Numbered from the stretch's first letter, positions 34,843 through 46,479 are shown. The stretch: DNA of 64,000 nt from an uncultured bacterium (GCA_963727255.1 CAVSFC010000002.1:576001-640000), one strand, 5' to 3'. A program made the numbers and translations. Notes: generated by a model from the sequence alone, not told the origin.

Positions 34843-35538
34843 TTATCCATTAAAATGTATTTCGAGATTGTGCTTAACCTTCGCTTTCCTTGCAAGATCT
34901 CTCTGTTTTTCCTTTGTGCATTCAGAATTTTCGGATCATCTTTGCGTAATTTATTACGAGTCTTGATCTCTTGCCAAGTTATAGTGCCATTTTCATCTTG
35001 CATAACTAAATCGATCTCTGTTAATTTGCGCCCATCGGCATCGTCTATTATTCTTTCATAAAAAGCGATAATTGTTTTTTGTTGTTTCTTTTTTTCAACG
35101 GCCGCTTGTAATTCTCCTAAGGCGCGGAGAAGTTGGCAGTATTTCTTGAGATTGCGCCATCAAGAATCCTTGAGATTACGATCAAAAATCCCGGAATTGC
35201 ATGGAATTCTTCAATTGCATGATTGATAATTTTTTCATTTTTCTCTATATCCCTTGAAATGGATTTTTTATTGAAACGGCTCCTACAATTCTTTGTAAGA
35301 CATCTGGTTTTAACGGTTTATTTAAGAGAGGAATAGAATCTTTGAATGCCTGAACTAATTTTTGTTGTCTTTCTCTTTGATTACCATGATGTTTAAGAAT
35401 TCGCTCTGATAATGCTGATAGCTCCCTTGGGTTATGATAACATGCCTGAGCTGGCATCGATACCAAAAACGTGATAAAAAAAATGATTGAACATTGAAGT
35501 TTTTCAACAAGTTTGCATCTGTTCTCCCCGCCTTCCAA
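34843..35538 (-). CDS. Secreted hypothetical protein, frameshifted; boundaries uncertain
   Basis: Fragments 35245-35538 (IIFFITFLVSMPAQA signal) and 34740-35003. Confidence 0.35.
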
Positions 35539-35659
35539 ATATAGTTTAGTATATTTGGAATAATAGTATTAACAGAGCGCGCAAGAGTATGCAATAATTT
35601 GTTCTAGGGATTTTTTTTGTATCGATTGCTCAAATATCAGAATCGAATCGCTAACAGTT

Positions 35660-36155
35660 TTAGTTCTGGCTTGTTTTCTTGAGTAGCCAAATTCCAATAT
35701 GGTTACCAATAGTAAGGCAAATATAATCCCATAATACAAGTAGCGGAATCATTGACAAACTCAAAATATAAGCGCTGATGGCGACATCTCTCACATCTAA
35801 CTCTAAGAGCTGATCACGGTCGGAAGTGCTTACATTCTGTGCTAAGAATTCAGAAAGAATTGCCGGCTTACTGTAGAGCTTGGTAAAGAGAAACACCGCA
35901 ATAGTTAAGACTATGAGAGAGATCGAGTTATAAAGGATAATTTTCCATTTAATCGAAGAGGGGAAATTATCTCTATAAATCAGAAAGCTGTATAAAATGG
36001 CAAAAGGAATTGGGCTAATTCCAGGTTAGGATACCGATCGGAAAAGTGAAGAAGCTAATGGGCTTTAAGAAAGCAAAGATAATACTGGATACAAAGCCAT
36101 ATCCAAGAGAGAGCGTAAAAAATCCTATAGCAGTTTTTGTGAAATTCAAAGTCAT
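35660..36155 (-). CDS. Hypothetical membrane protein, frameshifted
   Basis: Hydrophobic fragments ending in ORF 35660-35896. Confidence 0.4.
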
Positions 36156-36223
36156 GAGCTATTTCATGAATTGTCCTTGAATTCTTCGATAATTATTCTT
36201 TAATTAAAAGTTGCTGGTCGTTT

Positions 36224-36743
36224 TTAAAATGGCCATAATTTGGATATTTTATGTTTAGCCTTTTCCAAGTGATTCACTGGATAGCATATTCGAACTATTT
36301 TAGAGTCAGTTGTACCGCAATATGAAGAAATAATGATATCTTGCGTCTCTTTATCAAGATTGCCATCGAGGGTTATTCCTTGCGATTCAAGGAAAGCCAG
36401 TGTCTCAGATTCAAGTGGTTTCAAATAGTGCTTCTCAGCATTTTGGAATAATGTATCGAGTTTGCAATTATCATTTCCTAGTTCGCGGCATTTTTTAGCC
36501 GTTCGCCAGAGCCAGAAATATTGCATATGCCATTTCTCTTGATAAAGATCATTCAATGATTGCCATACTTTTTCTACACGTTCTGAATTCGCTAAGGCGC
36601 CATTGCGCAAGATTACCGTTTCATTTTTTGTGTTTGCGAAAACCATGGGTTGAATTGCTATAAATATAAAAAAGAATGCGAAGAGGAGGACAAAATTCCT
36701 AGAGAAATGGGGATAATGCTATAAATAAGAATTTGTTTTTCAT
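36224..36743 (-). CDS. Secreted hypothetical protein (5' end uncertain)
   Basis: ORF 36224-36646 plus upstream signal-like sequence. Confidence 0.5.
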
Positions 36744-36850
36744 AAGAACATCCATTTTATGATGATTTAAGAGTACTTTTATAGCCTAAATGGCATACGT
36801 TTCTTTGTCAAACGTTGAACATTTCATATAGAAATATTCATGAGGTTTTA

Positions 36851-37075
36851 TTCTCCGACGCCAGAAAACCACAAGGCTTTTTAAGCCTGGGGATGAATGG
36901 CGGGAGAATTTCCGCCGAAGTTTGCCTCTACTTCGCCCTTCGGGCTTCGAAGAGCAAGCGAGCCGGCCTGTCCTTCGTAGCTTTAGCGTAGGAGGAAAGG
37001 CCCGGATAAACGTAGGCTGGATAAGGCTTTGGCGAATTCCGCGCGATACCCGGCTTTTAAGCCGGTGAGCGCTAC
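36851..37075. mobile_element. Non-autonomous IS200/IS605-like remnant (two end hairpins) filled with nested family-B elements
   Basis: Left AGAAAACCACAAGGCTTTTTAAGCCTGGGGATGAATGG; right ACCCGGCTTTTAAGCCGGTGAG; no ORF. Confidence 0.55.
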
Positions 37076-37234
37076 ATTTAAAGAGGCCGGCAAAAATTAG
37101 TATGAATAATTTCTGCCTGTAATATTCAACCTGCGTTGCATCTGCTTGAGCTATTTTTGATTGATTTTATTGCCAATTAGGCTAGATTGGGAATATTTTA
37201 TTAACTAATATAATATACCTTTAAGGAGGTTTAT

Positions 37235-37687
37235 ATGAAAAAGACGTTATTGTTATCACTCTCAATGCTTACATTGGTAGTTAATCCTGCCCAAGCAATG
37301 GAAAAGCCTGAGAAACTCACTCTCTTGCAGTCAATGAAAGAAGGTTATACATATTCCTTGAAAGGAACATTGATAGCAGCAGCTATTCCATCATCTGTAA
37401 TATTAGGTGCTATCTTTTCTTCTTTCTATCCTAAAACATCATTAGGCATCGCTAGTGCAACTCAATTAGGATTGGCTGCCGGTTCTTTCTACGCTACTAA
37501 ACAACTAATTTCTCGCAATGCAGAAATCGCAGATACCCTAAAAGATGCCTTTTATAGAGAAGATAGTGCAGAGCGCTTAAGATTTACACCTTCTGTTACT
37601 TTTGGATTAGGACTAGTCTCTTATGCGTTAGGCCACCGTGGCTTCCATAATGCTAAATCGCTGTTCCATAAAGTTAAAAATAAGTAA
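37235..37687 (+). CDS. Small secreted hydrophobic protein (paralog 1)
   Basis: AAGGAGG RBS; MKKTLLLSLS...AQA-MEK. Confidence 0.8.
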   Translation: MKKTLLLSLSMLTLVVNPAQAMEKPEKLTLLQSMKEGYTYSLKGTLIAAAIPSSVILGAIFSSFYPKTSLGIASATQLGLAAGSFYATKQLISRNAEIADTLKDAFYREDSAERLRFTPSVTFGLGLVSYALGHRGFHNAKSLFHKVKNK

Positions 37688-37704
37688 GTTTTTTTGGAAA
37701 TAAA

Positions 37705-37737
37705 AAGAAGCGGCTTGTAATATTGGAGCCGCTTCTT
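37705..37737 (+). terminator. Intrinsic terminator
   Basis: AAGAAGCGGCT / AGCCGCTTCTT then ATTT. Confidence 0.7.
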
Positions 37738-37836
37738 ATTTGCTAATCTGTCACTTATAAACTCAAAACAATTTTTAAACGATGTATATCATCTACCCAT
37801 AAACTTGCAATATATGTCTGCCTGCTTCTAGAAAAA
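37736..37836 (+). pseudogene. Duplicated upstream region and first codons of the NUDIX gene at 39005; start codon lost
   Basis: Aligns with 38951-39052; encodes STHKLAIYVCLLLEK. Confidence 0.8.
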
Positions 37837-37994
37837 TTCGCCCCAAAAGCCACCCCGAATAATTTCTGCCTGTAACATTCAGCCTGCGTTGCACCTGTTT
37901 GAGCTATTTTTGATTGATTTTATTGCCAATTAGATTACATTGATTATTAGTAATATTTTATTAATCCTTATTTTTCAAACCTTAAGGAGGTTAT

Positions 37995-38444
37995 ATGAAA
38001 AAGACGTTATTGTTATCACTCTCAATCGTTGCATTTGCCATCAATCCCATCCAAGCAATGGATAATCCTGAGAAATCTAAAGCTTTGGAATCAATGAAAA
38101 ATAGCGCAATTAATACTGGTACTGAGGCTTCAGATACCGCTTTTAAATTTATCTATCGGCACCCATTTATAACCGCAATAGGAATATCACCATTTATTCC
38201 GACAAAAATAGCCCCATTCCGTCAAGTTGCCATGAAATATCACTCTGTTCTTAATCCCTGGCTTCCGGTTGCAGCAGGATTATTAATTAGAGCTAATTTA
38301 TTTTCAGTATTCTCTCATCACTATCTGAAAGAAAGAGGCATTAAACACGAAAAAAATTTCAGCGATTGGCTCGCAACCGAATGTTCATCTTCATGTAATA
38401 ACATTCGAAAAGAGAGCAAAAAGCTTACTGATAAACAATACTAA
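37995..38444 (+). CDS. Small secreted protein (paralog 2)
   Basis: AAGGAGG RBS; MKKTLLLSLS...IQA-MDN. Confidence 0.8.
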   Translation: MKKTLLLSLSIVAFAINPIQAMDNPEKSKALESMKNSAINTGTEASDTAFKFIYRHPFITAIGISPFIPTKIAPFRQVAMKYHSVLNPWLPVAAGLLIRANLFSVFSHHYLKERGIKHEKNFSDWLATECSSSCNNIRKESKKLTDKQY

Positions 38445-38451
38445 AATAGTA

Positions 38452-38489
38452 AAAGACTATGAGTCTGTGAAAATGGGCTCATAGTCTTT
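38452..38489 (+). terminator. Stem-loop/terminator
   Basis: AAAGACTATGAG / CTCATAGTCTTT. Confidence 0.65.
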
Positions 38490-38517
38490 CTCACTCAAAC
38501 ACCTTTAAGGAGGTTAT

Positions 38518-38886
38518 ATGAAAAAACTAGTTTTGGTTTCTCTCATTACTTTGCTCGCATCAAATCCTGTGGCTGCATTTAACTGGCAAACAGCAAAAAA
38601 ATATATTAAGCCTACATTGAAAGCAACGGCTGCAATTGGCTGCTTTGCTGCTGCTTATGGTATGGGTCGTTTAACAAAAGGATCTGTATCAGCATTTAAC
38701 GATGCTTCGCAAGAACTTAATACGAGTAATAATCTAGCAATAGTGTTTTTGTCTGAATTGCAAGGCGCTGCGAGTATATTAGTTGGAGTTCCTGCAGCAA
38801 TTGCTACCCTTTCCACCTCAATCTTAGGTAGTTGGCTTGTTAAATCTGCTTATGACGACGCCAAGAAAGCGTATAGCGGCCAATAA
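38518..38886 (+). CDS. Small secreted Ala/Gly-rich hydrophobic protein
   Basis: Same TTAAGGAGGTTATATGAAAAA start context; ...NPVAA-F. Confidence 0.8.
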   Translation: MKKLVLVSLITLLASNPVAAFNWQTAKKYIKPTLKATAAIGCFAAAYGMGRLTKGSVSAFNDASQELNTSNNLAIVFLSELQGAASILVGVPAAIATLSTSILGSWLVKSAYDDAKKAYSGQ

Positions 38887-38897
38887 TTTTTTATAAT

Positions 38898-38930
38898 AAA
38901 GTGAGCTTCATTTTTAGTGAGGCTCACTTT
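38898..38930 (+). terminator. Intrinsic terminator
   Basis: AAAGTGAGC / GCTCACTTT then GTTTTTT. Confidence 0.7.
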
Positions 38931-39004
38931 GTTTTTTAGCTATTTTCTTTTTATTTGCTAATCTGTTACTTATAATTCAAAACAATCTATAAACGATACC
39001 TATC

Positions 39005-39424
39005 ATGTCTACTCATAAACTCGCCGTATATGTCTGTCTGCTTCTCGAAAAAGATAAGCAAGTGCTTCTCTTAAAACGTGCCAATACCGGCTGGATGGAT
39101 GGCTTTTGGCATATTCCCGGCGGCAGCCTTGAAGAAAATGAATCGTTGGCTCATGCCGTCGTTCGTGAAGCAAAAGAAGAGTTGGCAATCGCGGTTGATC
39201 CTGCGCATGTTCAATTAATTTATGTTAAGCATTTTAACAAGAGAACGTTAGGATTCTATTTCCTTGCCCGTGAATGGCAGGGGGAACCCATTAATAATGA
39301 ACCGGATCAAGCAAGTGAAGTTCGCTGGTTTAATATCCATGAACTGCCCATCGATATTAGTCCGTATGCGCGCAAAGTAGTTGAAGCGACCAAAACAACG
39401 GTCAATTATTCATATTTCGAGTAA
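39005..39424 (+). CDS. NUDIX hydrolase
   Basis: PGGSLEENESLAHAVVREAKEELA; WQGEPINNEP. Confidence 0.92.
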   Translation: MSTHKLAVYVCLLLEKDKQVLLLKRANTGWMDGFWHIPGGSLEENESLAHAVVREAKEELAIAVDPAHVQLIYVKHFNKRTLGFYFLAREWQGEPINNEPDQASEVRWFNIHELPIDISPYARKVVEATKTTVNYSYFE

Positions 39425-39643
39425 GTTTTTTTTGATCATAGTCTTGCTTTCATAGATATTTTTCAATATATTTTCTAGCAATTTCTTTTGCCAAAATGAG
39501 CTCTGTTTTTGAACCGATGCGAAGCTATTTTTCTATGCCTTGCCTCTATGCGGCTTTTGCGATAATTATTTTTGTATATCTGTTTAACAAGAGCAAACAA
39601 AAGGGACTTGCGCGATTATCTGATTAGAGTATAGTCACACGTG

Positions 39644-40768
39644 ATGAAGATAAAAATACTATATCTTTTATTAAGTGTGACCACCATCTGTGCGATGGAG
39701 CAAGATCAGGAACAATCTGAATCGGTAACGGTTTATGAACAGACCGTTACCGATTTAACGAATCCCGCCCATATATTCATTTTTGAAGAAGCTTTTAGCG
39801 AACTGAAATTGTCCAAAAAAAAGAGCAAACTTTTGCTCGAAGAATATACGCTCCAATCAATATCACCAGATATACATTGGATGATATTTGAATTTCTTTC
39901 TGAAGATGAAACATTTGTAAAAGCAGTTGCAAACATGAAGGCGCTCGCACGGACATGCAACCATTTTTGGCACGTATATTCTGATGAAAACTTGAACGCC
40001 AAAGTAATTGTTAAATGGGAAAAGAGGACTCGTACACCCAAGACAGTTCTTGATGAGGCTTCTTTATATTGGCGTTTCTTTATGATGGCAAATAAACTGC
40101 AAAATCCGGGGGCGTTGCATTGGTTTAGTCAAAAAAATAATGAGAAGATCGCAACCAAGATAAATGATATGACATGCGTTCAGCATGCTCTTTTGAAGGA
40201 CGCACTTATTAAACTTGGTGGAGGCTTAACACTTACCGAATATAAATTATTTGATAAACGTCCTATTAAAGTTTTAGAACATCGTGAAGTTGGAATGACT
40301 GCGCTTCAATCATGTAAAATGCTATCGTTAAAAACATTTTCTCTACGTAGTTTGGGCGGAATTGAAAAAGTTCCAGATTTAACTTCTGTAGAAAACCTCA
40401 ATTTGAGCGGTAATTATTTAACTCAGATAGATAAAGCTGTGATTAAACGCCTTACGAATCTTACCAGAATTGATTTTGCACATAATAATCTTCAGTCGGT
40501 TAATTTGGAAATTTTTGCAGGATTACCTCGTTTAAAATCATTAGATTTTTACTGTAATAGGATAGAAGAGGTTACTTGTGATGCGCAATTACAAGCTGGA
40601 CTACAATCAATTAATTTTACTTTCAATAAAATAAAATATCTTGATCCAAAAATCTTTACTAAATTGCAAGCACGATGCATTGATCTCAGTAACAATCCAT
40701 TGGAAAATCGCGAAGAAATTCGAGCTTTATCAAAGCCGGTAACCAATCGAATTAAGCTCGATGGTTAA
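39644..40768 (+). CDS. Secreted F-box-like plus leucine-rich-repeat protein
   Basis: LQSISPDIHWMIFEFL...LARTCNHFW; LRRs LNLSGNYL, IDFAHNNL, LDFYCNRI, IDLSNNPL. Confidence 0.8.
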   Translation: MKIKILYLLLSVTTICAMEQDQEQSESVTVYEQTVTDLTNPAHIFIFEEAFSELKLSKKKSKLLLEEYTLQSISPDIHWMIFEFLSEDETFVKAVANMKALARTCNHFWHVYSDENLNAKVIVKWEKRTRTPKTVLDEASLYWRFFMMANKLQNPGALHWFSQKNNEKIATKINDMTCVQHALLKDALIKLGGGLTLTEYKLFDKRPIKVLEHREVGMTALQSCKMLSLKTFSLRSLGGIEKVPDLTSVENLNLSGNYLTQIDKAVIKRLTNLTRIDFAHNNLQSVNLEIFAGLPRLKSLDFYCNRIEEVTCDAQLQAGLQSINFTFNKIKYLDPKIFTKLQARCIDLSNNPLENREEIRALSKPVTNRIKLDG

Positions 40769-40769
40769 T

Positions 40770-41129
40770 TTAAAACTGTGTATATTTTAAGCGATTGCCT
40801 TTTGCTTTTTCTATCGGGTACTTTTGAGAATTATGAATCATTTTCTTTTCAACTGCGGTAGCAAGATCAATATTGGTGCGAATGCAAAAGTTGATAAGTC
40901 CCACCATCACATCCGCTACTTCATGCTCAACTGCTTCCCTATGCTTTTCAACTTCAGAAAACGATTCTTTGCTATCGACCCATAAAAAGAGTTCTAATAA
41001 TTCTGCAGCTTCATTTGCAATCTGCATGCTCACATTTTTTGGAGAATGGTACTGATGCCATTCCCGATCTTCTACAAACTTTTTAACAATGGCCTTTAGA
41101 TCATTAATCGTGGTGATGTTATCTTTCAT
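40770..41129 (-). CDS. MazG-like (dCTP pyrophosphatase-like) nucleotide pyrophosphohydrolase
   Basis: REWHQYHSPKN, EAAELLELF, HEVADV, KYP. Confidence 0.92.
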   Translation of the reverse strand: MKDNITTINDLKAIVKKFVEDREWHQYHSPKNVSMQIANEAAELLELFLWVDSKESFSEVEKHREAVEHEVADVMVGLINFCIRTNIDLATAVEKKMIHNSQKYPIEKAKGNRLKYTQF

Positions 41130-41150
41130 AGTTGGCTCCTGTATTTATTA

Positions 41151-41237
41151 TGGTTCGAGACGCTCCTTTACAGTCGCTCCTCACCACGAGCGGGACTCCG
41201 CTCATCCTGAGGAGTCCCGAAGGGACGTCTCGAAGGA
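41151..41237. repeat. Divergent pair of family-A elements
   Basis: 41151-41193 (-) TGGT/ACCA stem; 41198-41237 (+) TCCT/AGGA stem with GTCCCGAAGGGAC inner hairpin. Confidence 0.85.
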
Positions 41238-41970
41238 CTATAACTCTTTAATCTGTAAAAATAAATTTTTCCAAAACAATTTTCCACTGCCGGGCATGGG
41301 CGGTTGCATGATCGCTTTTTTTAAATGACTAATCATGCGTTCGGCTTGATTGCGCTTGGCTAGATCTCGGGTAATAAAACTTTTTTTATACTGGTCACTC
41401 CAATGCCGTATCAATTGATCAATGAGCGCAAGACTTTCCCATTCAGAAGGATTGGATGATTCCAATTCTTTACTGAATGCAATCGGATCATGAAAGCTCG
41501 TTGTGGTAAAAAAAGGCATGAGCGGTGCAAGCGGAATGGCTTCTGCTGAATGCAAATGCTCTATTAAGCAACGCGATTTAATGGTTGGCAGAACCAATTC
41601 TGTACGCTGCGCGAGCAATATAAAGTGATAGCCAGCTGGCGGTTCTTCTAATGATTTTAGCAGGGCATTGGCGCATGTGGTGGTTAATAGATCAGCTTTT
41701 TGTAGCACAAAGAAAAAATGTTGATCCTGATCGAGCGCAAAAGAAATAGTAGAAAATATAACCTTTAAATCATCAATCGCATACTGTTTTTCTGGGCAGA
41801 GCCAGAGAACTGATTCATGCTGTTGCTCGCGAATTTTGCGGCATGATGATGCAAACGCGACATCCATTATGACTGGCAAAAAAATTTCTGGAGCTAAATG
41901 ATTGTCTGTTCGAGTAGCGCATCTTCATTGCCAATATATAGATATGCAGGGTGATCTATTAAAATGTCTA

Positions 41971-41974
<4 letters not shown>
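41238..41974 (-). CDS. holB: DNA polymerase III delta-prime-like subunit, frameshifted
   Basis: CANALLKSLEEPP, VLPTIKSRC; follows tmk with ATGA overlap. Confidence 0.85.
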
Positions 41975-42646
<672 letters not shown>

Positions 42647-42763
42647 GAGCGCAGCCTATTGGTAGATTTATTGTGATTAACTAAGCTTATTTAATAGAAT
42701 AAGGATAGCAAAATATTCTAGACCTGTCGCTCGACTTCTGGTGTTCAGAAAGAAAACTCATAT

Positions 42764-42872
42764 CCGTTCGTTTCGATCCTTCGACAGGCTCAGGATGATC
42801 GGGAAGGTGAGGCGAGATTCGGGCTCATTCGCCTGCCCGCCGAAGCCTTGGCGAAGGCTGGGAAGCGAACGG
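42764..42872. repeat. Nested family-A/family-B cluster
   Basis: TCCTTCGACAGGCTCAGGATGA (42777-42798); CCTGCCCGCCGAAGCCTTGGCGAAGGCTGG (42832-42861). Confidence 0.8.
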
Positions 42873-42906
42873 GGGGCGCTGCGATCAAAATAAGGATTTA
42901 AAAAAA

Positions 42907-44538
42907 ATGAATACTCAAACAATTCCAGTTCATGAGCAAGAATTTTATAATGAGCTGCGTTCTGCGATTAGCAATCCCGATGGATCAATTATAAATCTTG
43001 GGCAGTTATTATGGTATGCATTTAAGAAATTTCCTGATAATGTGTGCCTTGATTTCAGGAGATCAAAAAGTAAGTTATAGAGAGCTTTTTTATCGATCTT
43101 GCGTTATTTGCAGAGCAGTTGAAAGCAAAAGGGATTAAACCGCACGATCGGGTGCTGCTTTTTTTTGAAAACTCGATTGAATTTTATATCGGTTATTATG
43201 CGATTGTACAACTCGGGCGCGGTTGTTGCGCCGTTAAATACCTTCTTAAAGGAGCGTGAACTTCAGCATATTATTACTGATTCGCAACCAAAATTGCTGG
43301 TAGCTTCGACGATCTTGCTTGAAAAATTAGTAGAGGATCATATCGATGCAAAAGTGCCGATACTTACTGAAAAAGATATGGATTTATCGTCTCCAATCGA
43401 TCAGAAAAGTCTTAGCCGATCCCGTGCCACATTTAAAGCCTGATGAGATGGCTGCATTGCTGTATACTTCCGGCACTACCGGATTACCCAAAGGGGTAAT
43501 GCTGAGCTCAAAAAACATTTTAACCAATTGTATCCAAACCATTGCTCGTTTGGGATTTGTCAAAGATGAACGAGTCTTTGGGTATTGCCGCTTTTTCATA
43601 GTTTTGCGCAATTTGCTTGTGTTTGGGCGCCATTTGTGATGGGTTGCTCGGTGATTCTTGTACATAAAATTGAGCGGCGTTTATATCTCGAAGGCTTAAC
43701 GCATAAGCCGACTGTTTTTATCGGAGTTCCCGCGCTTTTTGGTCTTCTTTGCTTGATGAAAAATGCCGATGTTGAATCGGTAAATTATTTTGCCAGCGGA
43801 GGTGATGCGATGCCGGATAAAATTAGGGTAGGATTTGAGCTGATCTACCGCCGCAAAATTGCCGCCGGTTATGGGCTTAAGCGAAACTTCCCCAGTGCTC
43901 ACGGCCGATCTTGATGATATCACTGAGCCGACTAGTAATGTCGGAAGACCATTGATAGGGGTCACAATAGCGATTCGGGATGAACAAGGGATCGGCATTA
44001 GCTGATGGGCACATTGGGGAAATCTGGGTAAAAGGGGATAACGTGATGCTTGGCTATTATAACGAGCCGGAAAAGACCGCAGAAGTGATCAAGGATGGAT
44101 GGCTTGATACGGGGGATTTAGGGTATATCGCGCGAAATGGCAAACTCATTGTTACCGGAAGACTTAAAGATATCATTGTGAATAAAGGTTTTAAGATCTA
44201 TCCGCAGGAAATTGAGAACGTAATTCTTATGTATCCGAATGTTATTCGGGTCGGGGTTGTTGGCGAGATGGACGAGGCCGTGGGGGAAATTGCTGTAGCC
44301 TATGTTCAAATCAAAGGGAATGAGCCAGGGGATAGAACAGAAGCTCAGAGAGCTTTGCGAGCGAAATCTTGCCGCATATAAAGTGCCCCGAAAGTTTGTT
44401 TGCGTAACCCATAATTTGCCACTGACCGGTACCGGCAAAGTTGATAAAAAGGTTTTGAAGAAAACAACTTTCAGAAAAAGTTTGATTTTTCTCTTCAGCT
44501 CATATACATTTGTTCTTGTTAAGAGATTAAAAACTTAA
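42907..44538 (+). CDS. Long-chain fatty acid-CoA ligase (AMP-binding), frameshifted
   Basis: [54 protein letters not shown]. Confidence 0.92.
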
Positions 44539-44609
44539 CAGCTAAAAACAAGATAACCTCCATTTCCCCTATCCGTGACGTTCTGTCTGGATGGGGGTAA
44601 AATTTTTAA

Positions 44610-45692
44610 ATGAATAAAGAAACTAACAATCGCCCATTCCCGCTCATCAAAAAAGATCGGTATTATAATAGTGCCGATGATCATCCTGAAAGCTTTTTAT
44701 TTCAAACAATTCCCTCATTTATTAGCTCCTTATACGGCAGAAAAAAAAGACAGCCTGAAAATAAATCTGAATGGATTGCTCTTGTGCCCCCCCTTGAGCA
44801 GAGTAAAGAGCCGGTAATCACTTGGATTGGGCATGCGAGTTTTTTAATTCAAGGAGCGGGGGTTAATATCTTAACAGATCCGATTTTTGGGCCTGCTTCC
44901 GCTTTTTTTCCGCGCATTTTGCCGCCAGGAATTGCGCTGCGAGCATCTGCCGCGAATAGATTATGTTATTTTATCTCATAATCATCGCGATCATTGTGAT
45001 CTTAAAAGTTTGTAGGCATTAAAAAAAACGAACCCGAATATGGTGCTTTTGGTGCCAAAAGGGGATAAGCAGTGGCTTGAAAATAAGGGTTTGGGGCCAG
45101 CTGTTGAACATACCTGGTGGCAAAGCTATACCCATGAGACTCATGAAGGCCCGGTAACGTTTACCTTCTTGCCTGCCCATCATTGGTCTGCGCAAGGAGT
45201 CTTTGATCGCAATAAATCCCTTTGGGGCAGCTGGATGATCAGCTTTGATGGCAATGATGCCTCAATAAAGGCTCCGAAGGACGAGCGGATAGGAATCCGA
45301 TTCATAACGAGCAGGATCCAAAGAGGGAATTTATCTCGAGCTCTGTCAGAGGGATCTCGAACATTTATTTTGCCGGGGATACTTCATATTCAGATCATTT
45401 TAATCATATCGCACAAGAATTCTCTGGCATTAGCACTGCACTTATGCCAATCGCTCCAGAAAAACCTCATCCCTGGATGCGAAAATCTCATATGGATGCA
45501 CAGGAAGCGGTGCAAGCCTTTATTGATTTAAAGGCACATCATTTTATCCCAATGCACTGGGGAACGTTTCAATTTGGGCTTGATACCTTTCATGGGCCTA
45601 TTGAACGCCTAAAAACTGAATGGGATCATCATCAATTGCATGATCGTAAAAAACTCACCATTTCTAAGGTGGGCCAGCGAATTATTATTTAG
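44610..45692 (+). CDS. MBL-fold metallo-hydrolase (NAPE-PLD/RomA-like), frameshifted
   Basis: TWIGHAS, LTDP, ISHNHRDH, PAHHWS, YFAGDT, PMHWGTF. Confidence 0.9.
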
Positions 45693-45788
45693 CATCATCT
45701 TTATTAAAATATATTGACAAAACCTACCGCATTTTTTCATGGTACTAATACATAGAGTAAATTAACTTTTTTCTAAAAAGGAACTTAC

Positions 45789-45971
45789 ATGTTATTAGAT
45801 TGGGCGTTAATATTTTTTATACTATCATTAGTTGCAGGATATTTTGGATTCTTTGGTCTCGCAGCAGATTCTGCAGGGATCGCAAAAATACTTTTTTTTA
45901 TTTTCTTAATACTTTTCGTATTTTCATTCCTATATCGCTTGATTAATCGTCAATCTCCTCCGCAACCATAA
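45789..45971 (+). CDS. DUF1328 (UPF0391) small membrane protein
   Basis: WALIFFILSLVAGYFGFFGLA...AGIAKILF. Confidence 0.9.
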   Translation: MLLDWALIFFILSLVAGYFGFFGLAADSAGIAKILFFIFLILFVFSFLYRLINRQSPPQP

Positions 45972-45990
45972 ATCAGAATTGCAAGCAGGC

Positions 45991-46479
45991 CTATTGATTG
46001 TTAGATTGACCAACGAATGCATCGAACTGTCTTTTTTGTTTCTCAAGTGTGAGATCATATTGCAAGTTCCATAATTTGTCTTTCCATTGTTGAATGCAAA
46101 CAGGATCAGAGTTATAGACCCAGGATAAAGCCCACTGGCCCCATGAGGCTTTTTGATTTAATATTATTCTCAGTTCGCTTTGTGTTGGAAATGTGTTTTG
46201 TATTTCTTTAATAATATCCTCATATTTATTTAATTTTCCCGCTTTGCTGAGTTTATCTGCTCTTTCAACAAATAATTGCGTATAGCGGTTAAGAGACTGT
46301 GCGGCATTAGAATTGCTGTGTTTCAAAAGTGCTTTTGTCTCTTCATTCCAATCTTCTTGTGCTGCTTGCACAAATCGGCGAGCAAATTCTGATGTTAAGG
46401 CAACCTGACTATTTTTTTCCATCGCGCATATTGGTTGTGCGAAAAATAAACCAAGAAAAAGCATGCTATTACATTTCAT
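45991..46479 (-). CDS. Secreted hypothetical protein
   Basis: ...PICA-MEK. Confidence 0.7.
   Translation of the reverse strand: MKCNSMLFLGLFFAQPICAMEKNSQVALTSEFARRFVQAAQEDWNEETKALLKHSNSNAAQSLNRYTQLFVERADKLSKAGKLNKYEDIIKEIQNTFPTQSELRIILNQKASWGQWALSWVYNSDPVCIQQWKDKLWNLQYDLTLEKQKRQFDAFVGQSNNQ

Noticed and set aside
44566..44598. GC-rich hairpin between the acyl-CoA ligase and MBL genes
   Set aside because: Single copy, fits neither repeat family; probably a terminator or stability hairpin.
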